DNA from: Narcine bancroftii
Taxonomy: Eukaryota
DNA length: 64,000 nucleotides
Reading direction: 5' to 3'
NCBI RefSeq assembly: GCF_036971445.1
Contig: NC_091470.1
Location: 154,442,001 to 154,506,000 of the forward strand
The position numbers were made by a program, and so were the translations under genes. The stretch's first letter is position 1. Every line of letters starts with the position of its first letter. This document shows positions 39,215-51,908 of the stretch, in pieces. The notes beneath the pieces were generated by a model. It searched no databases, had not been told where the DNA came from, and was given only the letters and a program-made list of their open reading frames with translations.

Positions 39215-42200
39215 ATGACTTGCTGCATTTTGCAGTTGGTTTTCTATTTTCTATTGAGCAGGCAATCTATCACTGAGGCACCAGGACTTCATGGAATCAA
39301 TGCACAGTACCTATTGCCCGGTGACTACACCATAGGAGCCATATTCCCTTTTCACAAGACAAGTATTAGTCTAACTCATCGGTTCATCCCTGAGAAGGTG
39401 ACTTGTGACAGGTAAGAAACTATAATCTTTAAATTCTCTGCTTACCTGATCTCCCCTGGTGTGGCAGTTCGCCTCTTCCCAAGTACTTAGTCCTCTCCAT
39501 CACTGTACCTCAGCCCAATCCTGCTGTTTTTTTGATTTTACTGACTCCCAAAGTGGACAGCCCTGAACATACTCTTTTTTTCTTTGAAGCACTCATCCAG
39601 TTCCCTTTTGAAATCTAAAATTGATCTAACCTCCACTACTGCATTTCAGGCTCTAATTACTCACTACAACAAAAAGGACTTCATTCATGACATTTTTTAT
39701 TGTTGCTAATTGCCTTCATTTTCTGATTGCTATGGTAATATAATGGTTATGTTTGAAGACTAGAATTCTGGTCCATTAAGCCAGAGGATTTCATTCCCAT
39801 TATGGCATGTGGGTAATTTAAATTAAAATAAAATGTCTGGAATTTTTAAAAGCCAGTTTTAGTTTGGTAATCATGGAAGTATTGGATTGTCCAAGAAACC
39901 CATCTGATTAATGAATGTTGATCCTTGCCTGTTCTGTTTCTGATATGTGAACTTAGACCTACCAATGAGATTGACACTCATCGACCTTGTTGATCAGATG
40001 CAAAATAAATACCAACGTTAGCAGAGGCGTCCACAACCCACAAATAACTAGAAGTTCTCTAGTCCCTCACCTTTCTGACACAGCTTGCACAGAAATATTT
40101 AAGCTATCAGCTCCTCAACATCCAGAAGCAAGTTAACAATCCAACAGGATGACTCAATTAGTGTAGCAGTTAATGAGATGCTACTCCTGAGCCAGTAACC
40201 CGGGTTCGAATCCAGTGCTGTCTGTAAAGAGTTTGTATGTTGTCTCCATGACCTACGCGGTTTTTCCCTGGGTGCTCCAGTTTCCTCTCACCCTCCAAAA
40301 TGTATGAGGTTTTAGGTTAAATGAGTGTAATTGGGCAACATGGGTTTAAATGGCCGTAATGGCTTTTACCATACTGTAAAATTTTTTTAACATTTGAAGA
40401 AAGTTTTGTACAATAATCATTATTAGTTGTTCCATCAAAGTCATCTAAAGCAGAACTGGTGAGAAACCTCATACTCATCCCATCACCCAACCCTGGTGAG
40501 TTGGCATGTGAGCTAATCTCTTCTGCCAGGCTGCAGTTGGCTCATGGCACTGTATGCCAACCAATGTCTCTAAATCCTGGATTTTATTTGTCTGTTTTGG
40601 TTGTTCATGTATTCTCTCTCTTTTACTTTGCTAATATTGTCCTCATGTTTTCAAAGCTAATATCTGTACGCCACTAATATCTTGTTTATCTCTGTTTAAG
40701 CTTTTACCTTCTTGGTTATGGAATGTTTCTGGCAATGGCATTTGCGATCGACGAAATAAATAACTCCACTTCCCTGTTGCCGGGCATACGCTTGGGTTAT
40801 GAAATCCACGATGACTGTTTCGAGACTTTGGTTTCCATTGGGCCTAGCCTTCTATTCTTATCTCGCGACAAAGGGAGTGGGATTCATGTGCTCTGCAATT
40901 ACACACAGTTCAGGAGCCGAGTGATAGCACTGGTGGGACCGTGGACATCGGAACAGGCAATTACCACAGCCAAATTGTTTGGTTTATTTTTACTTCCACA
41001 AGTAAGTCACTTCATGATTTGCTCTTGATCTTAGTTGGAGCCATCATAAAATCAGCAATAAGTTTTGAATCCTGTGGGAATTTGTGGAAAAGAAGTTAGG
41101 CTCAGTCTAAATTCTGCAACTATTCTGCTATAGCACAAAACTGAATTTCTGTCCTTCAGTTTCCAGATATGTCTGAGGTTCTGTTTCAATTGTTGTGAAG
41201 ACAGTTCATTTCAACCAATATCAAAAAGTTTGTTTATTGCCACGTCCCAAGCTGCAGTGGTTGAGATTGTTTTGTAAGTAGATCCATCTTTATGGATCAT
41301 ACAAGTAAGACACAGCACAAGAGTGCAGAGCTACAGAGAGAAATCAATTGGTGCAGAGCAAAGGCAGCATAATTTTATTATTTTGATGTTCATTCAGGCG
41401 TCTGTTCACAGTGGGAAAGAAAATGTTCTTGAATCTGATGGTGCGTGATCTCAAAAGTGTGAATCTTATTCCTGATGGGATGAGTCTTTTAAAATATTGG
41501 CTGCTTTTCTAAAGCAGCAGGAGTTATAGATGGAGTCAATAGAGGGGAAGGGTGTGGTATGTGTGATGGTCTGAACCATATTCACAATCCTCTGTAGTTT
41601 CCTGTGGTCTTGGCTAGAGCAGATCCCATGCCATGCAGTGGTGCACTGTGATCAGATGCTTTCAATGGTGCACCAGAAGAAGTTGTCAAGAGATGCAGGT
41701 GACATGCTAAATGTCCTCAGGCTTCTAAGGTCATAGAGGCACTAGTGCATTTTCTTGGTCATTACATCATTTTGGGTGGACCAGGTTAAATCATTGGACA
41801 TGTTTAAAGCTGTCTACTGTCTCTACCTCAGCACCGTTGATGCAGACCAGACATTGAGCTCTGCTGCTCTTCCAGATGCCTATAACACAGCTCTTCAGCC
41901 TTGCTGATATTCAGGAAGAGCTTGTTGTCCTTGTATCTCCAACTCTTCTTTTTTAAAATAATAATCATACTTCAGTTACTTTCAGCATATAACCACAGTC
42001 AAGTAATCTCCTGGAGCGGAGACTAGTGATACCAGTCAGGTTTTCATTTCCTGATCACTGCCTAAAGCCCTGTCATGACCAAAAGTAGGAGAAATATCAG
42101 AATATCAAGTGGAGATAATCACAGGGAATTCCAGAGCAATGAGAAAAAGACACAGTAAACCAAAATTTAACCAGTTATGGAATCTTATATTCTGGGGAAC

Positions 42201-45200
42201 TAACTGTTCCCTGAGAACAAAGGCCAGGAAGACTCACCCTGGACACCTTGCACCTAGCTTCACAGATGCGCAAGTTATTGGAGGAAGCGGGCAGCCTTAG
42301 TTCCATGAAAAATACAATACTATACTATGGAAAACCATAAAGGAAGCTGGATAAATATGGAACTAGTTAGTCACTCAAATGTAAATCATTTTTTCCATAT
42401 TGAGAGATCAGGCACTGGACCAAACCTGAAATTAATGATCAAGCACAATAGCCTTAAATTCTACGTTTACAAAAGTGAAGAGTAAGGAAAGGTGCAATAA
42501 TCTTGACTTCGGAAGAAGAGGAAGGAAAAGTGCGCAGAACTGTATTTGTTTGTAAAGTGACATGACACAGTTGGAATGAGGAAGATGCAAAGTGCAAAGA
42601 TCCAATCATGGATTCTCTTCTTTTTCAGGTTAGTTATGGGGCCTCCAGTGCTCGACTAAGCAACAAGAAGATCTTCCCATCATTTCTACGAACAGTGCCA
42701 AGTGATAATAACCAAGCCATTGCCATTGTCTCTATTATCAGGAAGTTCAAGTGGAACTGGATTGCTGGAATTGGGAGTGATGATGAATATGGCCAACATG
42801 GGATAGAACTAATCCAGAGATATGCATCACTCCAAGGTATCTGTGTAGGCTACACTGAGAAGATCCCCACATACCCCGGCCTGCCTGGCACCAACCAAAA
42901 ACTTTTGGAGATCCTGGACCACATCAGTCAAATGAAATTTAATGCTATTATCCTCTTCTCCAGTGAGGGACCTGCTCAGGAACTGTTGAAAGAGGCAGTA
43001 AAGATGAACATCACCAGGAAAGTTTGGATTGCAAGTGAAGCCTGGCTTAAATTGAATGTTGTTAACAATATTCCAGGCATTGAGCGCATTGGCACAGTGA
43101 TTGGCTCAGTCATTAACAGCGGCAGCATGCCAGGTTTCGAGGGTTACATTTTAAACCATCTCACCCACATCAGAGATTCGAGGGAACAGAGAATGCGTTG
43201 TTTTAGCCCTTATCCCACTTCACATCATCTCCTCAGAGATGTTCAGCACCTGTCTCCAGATAATCTGTCCATTGTGTTGGATCAGTCAGTAAGATGGGTC
43301 ACCTTCAGTGTGTACACGGCGGTGTACAGTATTGCTCATGCATTACACACTCTACTAAAGTGCCACACTGGAAGATGCCAAACTGCAACAATATGGTACA
43401 CCTGGCAGGTACTAAAAGTTTTAATGTTTATGCCCAGGGTCAAAAATAGTATGAAGATTTGATTTCTTTTTCTGGAAGTGCACCACCTGTTCACAGGGTC
43501 TGTCCACTGGATCCTGTGATCACATCCTATGATCATGGATTCCTTAGTGGTGTGACTTATTTATCTCTCTGTCCTAGATTCAGTGGAAATGAGGTACAGA
43601 GAGATGGTTGACTCCATCAGCTCAGGACAGTTGTTGGTCCTGGCCCGGTGGGGGGGGGGGGGGGGGGGTGGGGGAGAGAGTTGAGGACCAGGGCACTCAA
43701 TGGTCAAAGTATGAGGATCTTTAACGCTTGGGGAAGTTAAACATGAAAGTCTACAGGCACTGTGATTGATGTAAAAACATAATGCTGAAGAAAGTCAGAA
43801 GGTCAGACAGGGTTACTTCATATTGCAAAGATACATAACCAACATTTCAGGCTTGAGCCCTTCATCAAACTACCTTGAAGTGCCCATACCTTGGTGTTGG
43901 TTATGTATCTTTATCTTTGCTATATGTAGTTACCTCGTTTGACCTACTGAGTTTCTCCAGTTTTTATATCCTAGGGGAAGATTTGCAGGTTCTGGATGTC
44001 AAATGTGAGTATAAATGTTGAATAAGGAATTTTTTTTACAATTATTAAAATTTTATTCTTTAAAAAAAGTTTCTCCTTGAGTCAGTTAAAGTTATATAAA
44101 TCATAAGTTACAAAACATAAACTTATCCATAAAATAAACAAACATGGCAGCAAAAATATCAATATAATAATCACGTGTCTATCTAGACCTCTAATAACAA
44201 AAACAAAACTGCTATTCATTAATATGCTTCACCACAACATCTACCACTATACCCCCCAGGAAACCTAGATATTTACCATATTTTTGTGTATCGATATCCA
44301 ATTTATCAAACTGTTTGTGAGACGTGCGTTCAAATGCTGGCACTGGGCCATTTCTGAGGCCCTCTCCTGAAATGATGATCCCCAAATTCTTCCATCCTCA
44401 AAGTATAATTTGGCTTCCAACCATTATACTTGTCTGAATCCAATTTTGAGAGTATTTATCCACCAATAACCCAAGGAGGTCTCCCAAGGCAAAAAGTCTG
44501 GGGCAAAAGGGAATTTGAATACCTGAAAAGTCACCAATATACTGATGTATCATAATCTGGGACAGGACCAAAGTGCATGTACTAAGTCCACTTTATCTGC
44601 CTGAATGAAGAAATTTAATGTTTTTATTGCGCTTGAAAAATGACCACCAAAGGCATTTATTTTTCAGAGAAATAATGAACTGCTGTTTGAATTTCATACA
44701 TCTGTTAAAAAAAAGAGAAATGTAGGGGTAAAAATGATAATTGACAGAGGTCATCAAGTCCCTTTCTAAACAATCTTATTTTAAACACTGCCACATTCAT
44801 GAAGCAGGATCTAGGCCCCAGGTGCCCACCATCACTTTCTGCTGCTCCTCATCTACTTGCTTCCTGAGGCACCTTCCTTGCTGAGTTAAATCTGGAATTT
44901 TCCAACCCTGTAGCATTATGAGTAAGTTACTGGACCAGCAGCTAGAGTACAATCCAGAGATATGAATTTAAACCCCACCATGGCAACTGAGGAACTGAAA
45001 TTGGAGTAATTACATAAAAATAAGGAATTAAAAATGAAAACTTGCATGAGTAAGATGAACAATAAATTTAATGTTGTTAATATTAATTGGGCTCACTAAT
45101 GTTCTTCAAGGAAGGACCTCTTTCATTCTTCCTGATGGTTCCTGACGAAGGGCTCAGGCCTGAAATGTTGTCTGCTTTTGGGCGGCATGGTTAGCACAAT

Positions 45201-48200
45201 AGTTTTGCAGCGCCAGCAACCTGGGTGCTGTCTGTAAGGTGTTTGTAGGTTCTCCCTGTATCGTCCCACATCCAAAGACTTTCAGGGTTAGGAGATTAAT
45301 TGGTCACGAGTGTATATTTGGGCAGTGCGGGCTCATGGGTCAGAAGAGCTTTTTACTGTGCTGTATCTCTCAATTTAAAAAAATGCATTCATGTCCAAAG
45401 TATAATGAACCACCTGAGCTCCAATATAGGAGGCAGAAAATGCACACAGATGTGCACCTCTCAGCAGCAGAAACAAATCAGCTGTCCAAAGGTTTGGTGG
45501 TGGGAGGTGCACTGCTTTAGCAAAGTGTTCCTGTTTTCAAGCTTGATGGATTTCCGAGGCCAAAGGTTCTTGATATTATCTGTTCTTGACTGACTTTCTC
45601 ATGACAGCTTCTGGAAGAATTGAAGCAAATTAACTTCACAATCAATGACGCTGCCTTTTCATTCAACGCTGAAGGAAGCACACAGAGAAGTTATGATGTA
45701 ATTACCTTGACACAGCACTTGGGTCAGCTCCAACTATCAGTTATTGGCAGTTACAAAGATCACTTGACAATCAATGCTTCTCAGATTCAGTGGAAAACAG
45801 ACAATAATGAGGTAAATTTTGGTGACATTCATACTAAACAGTATCCATCCACCATTCTCTGTAGTCCATTATTACCATCAGGTGCCTGATCTGTTGTTAT
45901 GCAGCTACTTCCCCAAATCTCTCTGCTTTATCTTATGGGCCCTCCTTAAAAATTGAAAGAAATTTATTATTCATCATTCTAATATCTTCTGTTGTTGTCT
46001 CACTGTCACTTTTGTCTCATGATGTTGCTGCTAATTCCATTGGGATCCTTCATTATGGCACATTTGCTATATAAATGCAAGCTGTTTTTTTTAATCCATT
46101 GTTCACACTGACCATTAGGCTCGACCTTCATTTTTGCTCCAAGTCTGACCGACATAAATTTGACCATGTGTCTCAGACATTGCCTGATTTGACTGTAACA
46201 TATCATGCACAACTGAATCCTGCACTCCATTGCCTGAACTGCTCAATATTTCCCAGAATGGGCCATTCACCTTCCTTAATTCACCTTCTTCCCTTCTTCC
46301 TCTCTCGCTTCCAACAACAAGTATGAGGAGTTCAAGGAATCAGCTCGGTGAGTGGTGTCACACCAACAACTTTGAACTCAACATTAGCAAAACCAAGGAG
46401 ATGATTGTGGACTTCAGGAGAAAGTCAGGAGAACATGATCCAGTCTTCATCGAGGGCTCAGTGGAGGAGAGGGTCAATAACTTAAAATTCCTGGGTGTCA
46501 ACATCTCTGAGGATCTGTCCTGAAGCCTAAAAGGCTTGCCAGAAGCTATAATTTGCAAGATGTTTGAGGAAATTCGGTATGTCTCCGAAGACACTTGAAA
46601 ACCTCTACATGTGTACCATGGAGAGCATTCTGTCTGGTTGCATCACTGTCTGGTACGTAGGTGTCAACACTCAGGACAAGAAAAAAATTCCAGAGGGTTG
46701 TTAACTCGCCCTGCGACATCACGGGCACCAGACTTCACTCCATCGCTGTCATCTCCAAGAGGTGATGTCTTAAGAAAGCAACCTCTATCCTCGAGGAAAC
46801 CCACCACCCAGGCTTCACTCTGCTACCATTGGGGAAAAGGTGGAGGAGCCTAATGATGTGCACTTGGTGGCACAAGGACAGCTTCTTCCTCACCGCCATC
46901 AGACTACTGAATGATCAATGAACCAAAGACAATGCCTTACTTTGACTTTTATTGCACTATTTTTATTTAATTTTTGTAAGATGGTTTATATGAATGTTTG
47001 CACTGTGATGCTGCCACAAAATCAACAAAATTCATGAATTGCTCATGACAATAAATCCTGATCCTGAATTATTTGCTATGAAGATTGAAATATTCCTCTC
47101 TTTTCCCATCCTTCAAAGCTGAACCTCTTCCAGGGCTTCGTCCTGCTCTCGTCCTAAGCCAACGTTTTTCTTATCTCCCATCATGACCTTCATTTGTTTG
47201 TAATGACACTTCAGTGCTTCTCTATAAAATATGTTACACATCAGAAGTTATTGTTGCATCAGTTATATATGTTTTCCAAGTAATAGGTGATTTTCTGGCT
47301 TCATTAAGATTCTATTTTCTGCAACTTAATTGTTCTGTCCATGGCAGTGATTGGGTTTTATGCTGATTGCATGCAGATCTGAAATTTTGGATTGTTTCCC
47401 CAGGTCTGCCTGTCACTGGATTTGGATCCTGCAATCTGATTCCATGACAAGACTGGGTATTTACCCCAGTGGTAGTTTCTGAGCTAATTTCAACAATTAT
47501 TTTAACTGTTGCTTGGCTCTTTAACCAAAACTATCCAAACAGTGGAGGAAATCTGTCACAGATTTCAGTTAGTGTCCCTGTACCTAATACAGACTTAACC
47601 ATTTGCTGTTGGTCCTCAGTGACTAATTCACAGAGAATCCATCAAACCAGGAAGTAACCAGCATGCTACTTGTACTCACAGATACCTCTGTCGCACTGTT
47701 TCAAGAGCTGTGGTGTGGGCCAGAAGAAAATTATCATCAGTCCTTACTCCTGCTGTTTTAAATGTGAAGATTGTCCAAGTGGAACATTCCAGAACTCATC
47801 TGGTGAGCCCGAATACTTCTCTTCTAACATGCATCAGACCACATAAGGGCAAAGGAATTGAAATACATCATTCTCTGAAACATTTTAATAACAACAAGAA
47901 ATCTATATTTATTGGTATTGGATGATATTATAGAGAGAACTCAATAGAAGAGTTGTGGGTGGTATCTAATTGAGAAGATTGAACTTTTTAATGTGGAGAA
48001 TAACTGATGGCTAATTAAAAAGTTTGACTTTTGCTATATTGTTCTCAGAATTCTAACTGACGAGTAAATAAAATGACTGACACCTAGGAGTGTATTAGAA
48101 CGGGAATATAATATAGGAGTTTGCAACCTTATTGATAGACTGAGATTTACCAAGAGTGAGCTGCAATTCTACAAGAGTATGGAGGTTTATAAATAATGTA

Positions 48201-49684
48201 ATGTAATGGCAGTAATTTGTAGACTGGAATATCCTTTAGGTTCTTTATAAATACAGTAGCAGGTGACAGGAACTGAGTTATAGTTTCGAGTTTTTTTTAA
48301 AGTTTGAGTTTGTTAATAGAATAACAGATATAGTAGACTGGAATATAGTCAAGAATCAGAATCAATTACAGAAATTGGGGGCACATGTAAGCAAGGGGCT
48401 CAGGTGATTTGAATGCAGGATGACACCTTCACAGTCTGCAGTCTAGTTAAGAAGCCTCGCAGTTCGTGAAGGTATAAGATGTAAGGAATTCTCTCACTTC
48501 ATGTGATGTATGTTTTTTGTGAGATTGTGATAACACAGATTCTATCACCAATGTGTATATGTACAGATGGTCGTGTAGGATGACTGTGATTGGCTGAGAG
48601 CGTAGCTGCACCTACTGGCAGGTCTTAAAGTGTTGTTCCTAGCCAGACCAGGTCATTCTGGACTGGTCAACCTACTTGTGATAGGCTCCAGTCTTTTAGT
48701 TAATAGAAGCCTTGGTTTGGGTCGACAAGTCTTTGGTTCTTTCGACGCGCTCTCCAAAGATTGATTGATTTTGCTGTTTCAGGTGGCTATACCTGCTATC
48801 GGTGCCAATCTGATGAGTGGTCTCCGCCAAAAAGCCCTTTGTGTTTGAAGAAAACTCTACAATCCCTGTCCGTGTTCTCGCCTCTCGGAGTGACTCTGCT
48901 GTTGTTCACGATCCTTGAGCTCGCACTAATCGTGACAGTTCTGCTGATTTTCCTGGTGAATTCTGGAACTCCGATCGTGGAAGGTACTGGAGGGAGAGGG
49001 AACATACTCATCCTAATTTCACTCGCACTCTCATGCAGCAGTTCATTGCTGCTCCTGGGGAAACCCACTGAACTGATCTGTAAATCACGCCAGCCCATAA
49101 CTGCTTTCAGCCTCACCATTTGCACTTCTCTTCTGCTGATTAACTCAATACAGATCCTGCTCACCACTGAGCTCACCCATTTAAGCAAGCACTTCCTTGA
49201 CACATACCAACACTGTGGAAGGTACTTTATCCTCTGTGCCAGTCTCGGGGGGCAAGGAGCCATTTGTTACCTATGGCTAAGCACACAGGGCGACTTTCTA
49301 GTGAGGACCAGGGGTGATTCTGAAGATACCCTTTTTCTCTTCTGTAAGAGTGATTCAGAGCTAGTATTCTGGCTGATGTTGGGATACAGTGGCCTGCAGG
49401 CACTAGCCTGCTTTATGTGTACCTTTCTGATCCAAACCCCACCTCGAACCTACAATCTGGCCCGGGAGATTAGTGTCTCCATGATCTTCTATATTACGAT
49501 CTGGATTTGCTTCATCCCAACCTACCCAGGTGTAAACAAGAATCATGCACCTGCTGTACAGATCTCCGCCATACTCCTCAGCTCTTTGGCAATTCTCGGT
49601 GCCTATTTCATCCCCAAATGTTTTGTTCTTTGGTTTAAGCCACAATGCAATACCAGTGATTACTTCCAGGTTTATAATATTTAA
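39215..49684 (+). CDS. Taste receptor type 1 family gene B (T1R3/T1R4-side class C GPCR); exons 39215-39411, 40701-41001, 42629-43408, 45608-45811, 47682-47802, 48783-49684; 834 aa
   Basis: Six GT-AG exons, phases 2,0,0,0,1, 2505 nt open. Motifs: PGDYTIGAIFP, AMAFAIDEINNS, VSYGASS..FPSFLRTVPSD, FKWNWIA, a cysteine-rich domain, and a 7TM with PPRTYNLARE (resembling T1R3 PGRYNRARG rather than NYNEAK). Confidence 0.93.
40150..40385 (+). mobile_element. V-SINE copy
   Basis: B-box GGTTCGAATCC followed by GCTGTCTGTAAAGAGTTTGTATGT..GGGTGCTCCAGTTTCCTC. Confidence 0.7.
41215..41940 (-). mobile_element. Degenerate Rex/Babar-like LINE fragment
   Basis: Reverse-complement similarity to the Rex-type copies (AAGAAAATGCACTAGTGCCTCTATGACCTTAGAAGCCTGAGG; CTGTGAACAGACGCCTGAATGAAC). 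Confidence 0.5.
45180..45380 (+). mobile_element. V-SINE copy (internally deleted)
   Basis: GGGCGGCATGGTTAGC head followed by GCTGTCTGTAAGGTGTTTGTAGGTTCTCCC. Confidence 0.6.
46330..47070 (+). mobile_element. Rex1/Babar-type LINE 3' fragment
   Basis: WCHTNNFELNISKTKEMIVDFRR..FLGVNISEDLS, with a 3' tail GACAATAAATCCTGATCCTGA. Confidence 0.78.
48526..48756 (+). mobile_element. Short solo LTR (~231 bp) next to the exon-6 acceptor of gene B
   Basis: TG...CA ends flanked by GAGAT/AAGAT (5-bp TSD, one mismatch). Internal ATTGG (CCAAT), TTAAA box and a degenerate poly(A) signal in LTR-like order. Confidence 0.6.
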
Positions 49685-50112
49685 ATTTCAACACAGAACC
49701 AACCTCAATTATACAAAATTCTTGAATTAGGTTTAGAGATAGATCGGAAAGAGGGAAGGATTCAGATTGAGGGAAAGATGTGGATAGAAAATGGGTCTTA
49801 TGTAGAAAGGGGGAAATGGAAAGAGGGGAGATTGGATTGTGGAAAGCAATTAGATGGAGGTGGGGGAACATAGATTAATCAAGAGATATGGACAGTGAAA
49901 AGGAGAATGTTGCATAAAAATGAACACCTGTTTCCTATGATCTCACTGATCATTTCTACACTGGGTGTCCTACTCCTCATTCTTGGCCAAAGTTTATCAT
50001 TGATTACACTGGACAATGAAGATATTGCTTCCTGAACACTTGGGTGTATTTTATGGATTTTGGGCTACTCATCATAACATTTTCCTATCATGCTTTTTTT
50101 TTTAGGTATGAC

Positions 50113-50295
50113 TGGGGCATCACGGTTAGCGTAGAGAGCGGAAATGTTGTTACAGGACCAGCAATTGGGACTGGGGTTCAAATTTCACACTGTCTGTAAG
50201 GAGTTAGTATGGTCTCCCCGTGTCTGCATGGGCTTTCCTCGGGGCTCTACTTTACTCCCAATGTTAAAAACGTATGGGGATTGCATGTCAAATGG
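50113..50295 (+). mobile_element. V-SINE copy
   Basis: GGGGCATCACGGTTAGCGTAG..GGGGTTCAAAT..CTGTCTGTAAGGAGTTAGTATGGTCTCCCCGTGTCTGCATGGG. Confidence 0.7.
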
Positions 50296-50702
50296 GTTAG
50301 TCAGGATGACACTAAAATTGAGGTATTGTGGACAGTGAAAAAGGTTTTCAAAGCTTGCATAGGGATTGGAACCAGCTGGAAAATTAGTCTGAAAAATGGC
50401 AGATAGAATTTACTGCATGCAAATGTGAGGTGTTGCAATTTTGAAGGACTAAACAAGAAAGGACTAAACAAGAAAGGACATATACGGTGAATGGTAGGGC
50501 ACTGAGGAGTGTGGTAGAATTTGTGAATACAGTTACATAATTCCCTGTAAGTGGTGTTACAAACAGATAGAATTGTAAAGAGAGATTTTGGCATATTGGC
50601 TTTCATAAATCAAAGTATTGAGTAAAGGAGTTGGATATTGTGGTAAAGTTGTGCGTATAACAGATTGGCGAGGTCAAATTTGGATATTGTGTGAAGTTTT
50701 GG

Positions 50703-51558
50703 TGTAATGGAGGATTGAGACCAGCTTATGCAAGAATGTATACATGTGAATCAGAAGACATAATCTAAATTCCACCATGGGGCCCAGGGATGCAGTTGAA
50801 TCAGAAGACGTAATCTAATTTACACCATGAGGCCCAGAGATGCAATTGAATAAGAAGACATAATCTAATTTACACCATGAGGCCTAGAGATGCATATGAA
50901 TCAGTAGACATAATCTAATTTCCACCATGAGGCCCAGAGATACAGATGAATCAGAAGACATAATCTAAATTCCACCATGGGGCCCAGGGATGCAGTTGAA
51001 TAAGAAGACATCCAATTTACACCATGAGGCCCAGGATGCATATGAATCAGTAGACATAATCTAATTGCCACCATGAGGCCCAGAGATGCAGTTGTCTTTT
51101 GTTGGTCGCAGACTGTCAGGAGACCTTGAAGATAATTTAATCATTTATTCAAAGAGATAAGCTATGAGTAAACAGTTTTTGGGTAATATAAGCCATGGTC
51201 CCACTGCTGAAGTTTGAGACTCTCCGAGAGGTGGCAACATCTCTCAGCAAGAAGAAGAACTTCTAGACTCCAACCAATGTCCCGGTCAGGGGAGGTGGAG
51301 AAGCTGCTACCGGTGCCCAGACAACCTATTGCAAGTGTGTAGTCATTGCCTCGCTTCGGCAGTTGGGACCAGTCCAGGCATTGATAAGTATAATTGGGAA
51401 GGGCTTGCATATTGTAGTTTGAATTCAGCTTTAGATTTAGTAATAAAGATTTGTATAAACTGAAGTGCTCTCTGTGTGTGTCTCTGTTTTCTTTTGGTAG
51501 CTCAAACACTATGACCAATCTAAAATGAACAGTGAGAGGTACAAGTTTACCTAGGACA
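50703..51558 (+). mobile_element. Retroviral-type LTR (~856 bp) with seven ~50-bp tandem repeats in U3
   Basis: TGTAA...GGACA termini, repeat array at 50747-51093, TATAA at 51187 and AATAAA at 51442. Followed by TT and a tRNA primer-binding site. Confidence 0.85.
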
Positions 51559-51560
51559 TT

Positions 51561-51578
51561 TGGCGTAGTCAGCAGGAT
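51561..51578 (+). promoter_or_regulatory. tRNA-Ser primer-binding site (PBS)
   Basis: TGGCGTAGTCAGCAGGAT is 17/18 complementary to the vertebrate tRNA-Ser(AGA/TGA) 3' end ATCCTGCCGACTACGCCA. It lies 2 nt after the LTR CA. Confidence 0.88.
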
Positions 51579-51908
51579 CTCCAAAAATATCTTTGTTCAC
51601 AATGGTCTTATCCAGGGGAATGTCAACTGAGTACCTGGTTGGCATCAGGTGGTTATAATTGTACACTTTTACAAAGGACTTAATTTTGGATCTCTTGGCC
51701 ACCTTCTTCTTACCCATTTTTGCAGTCACTTTTTGAGGGTTCCGATCAATACCAGCAACAAGGGCATGACTGTAAGGCCGATCAGAAGTCCCATCATCAA
51801 TGTTCTTTACAATGACACCTCTGCATCCAGCATAGCGACCAGCCAGCAGCAGAACCACCTTCCCAGGTTTTATAAACTTCCCCATTCCAGCAGCTGCTGT
51901 TCAATGGC
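51571..51908 (-). pseudogene. RPL27: Processed, 3'-truncated 60S ribosomal protein L27 (eL27) pseudogene: ~23 nt 5' UTR plus codons 1-105
   Basis: [65 protein letters not shown]. Intronless, lacks the last ~31 residues and poly(A), and runs directly into the PBS. Confidence 0.95.

Noticed and set aside
51547-51885. Functional RPL27 gene
   Set aside because: It is intronless and truncated at codon 105, has substitutions at conserved sites, and its last residues (DYAKCPR) come from PBS/LTR sequence.
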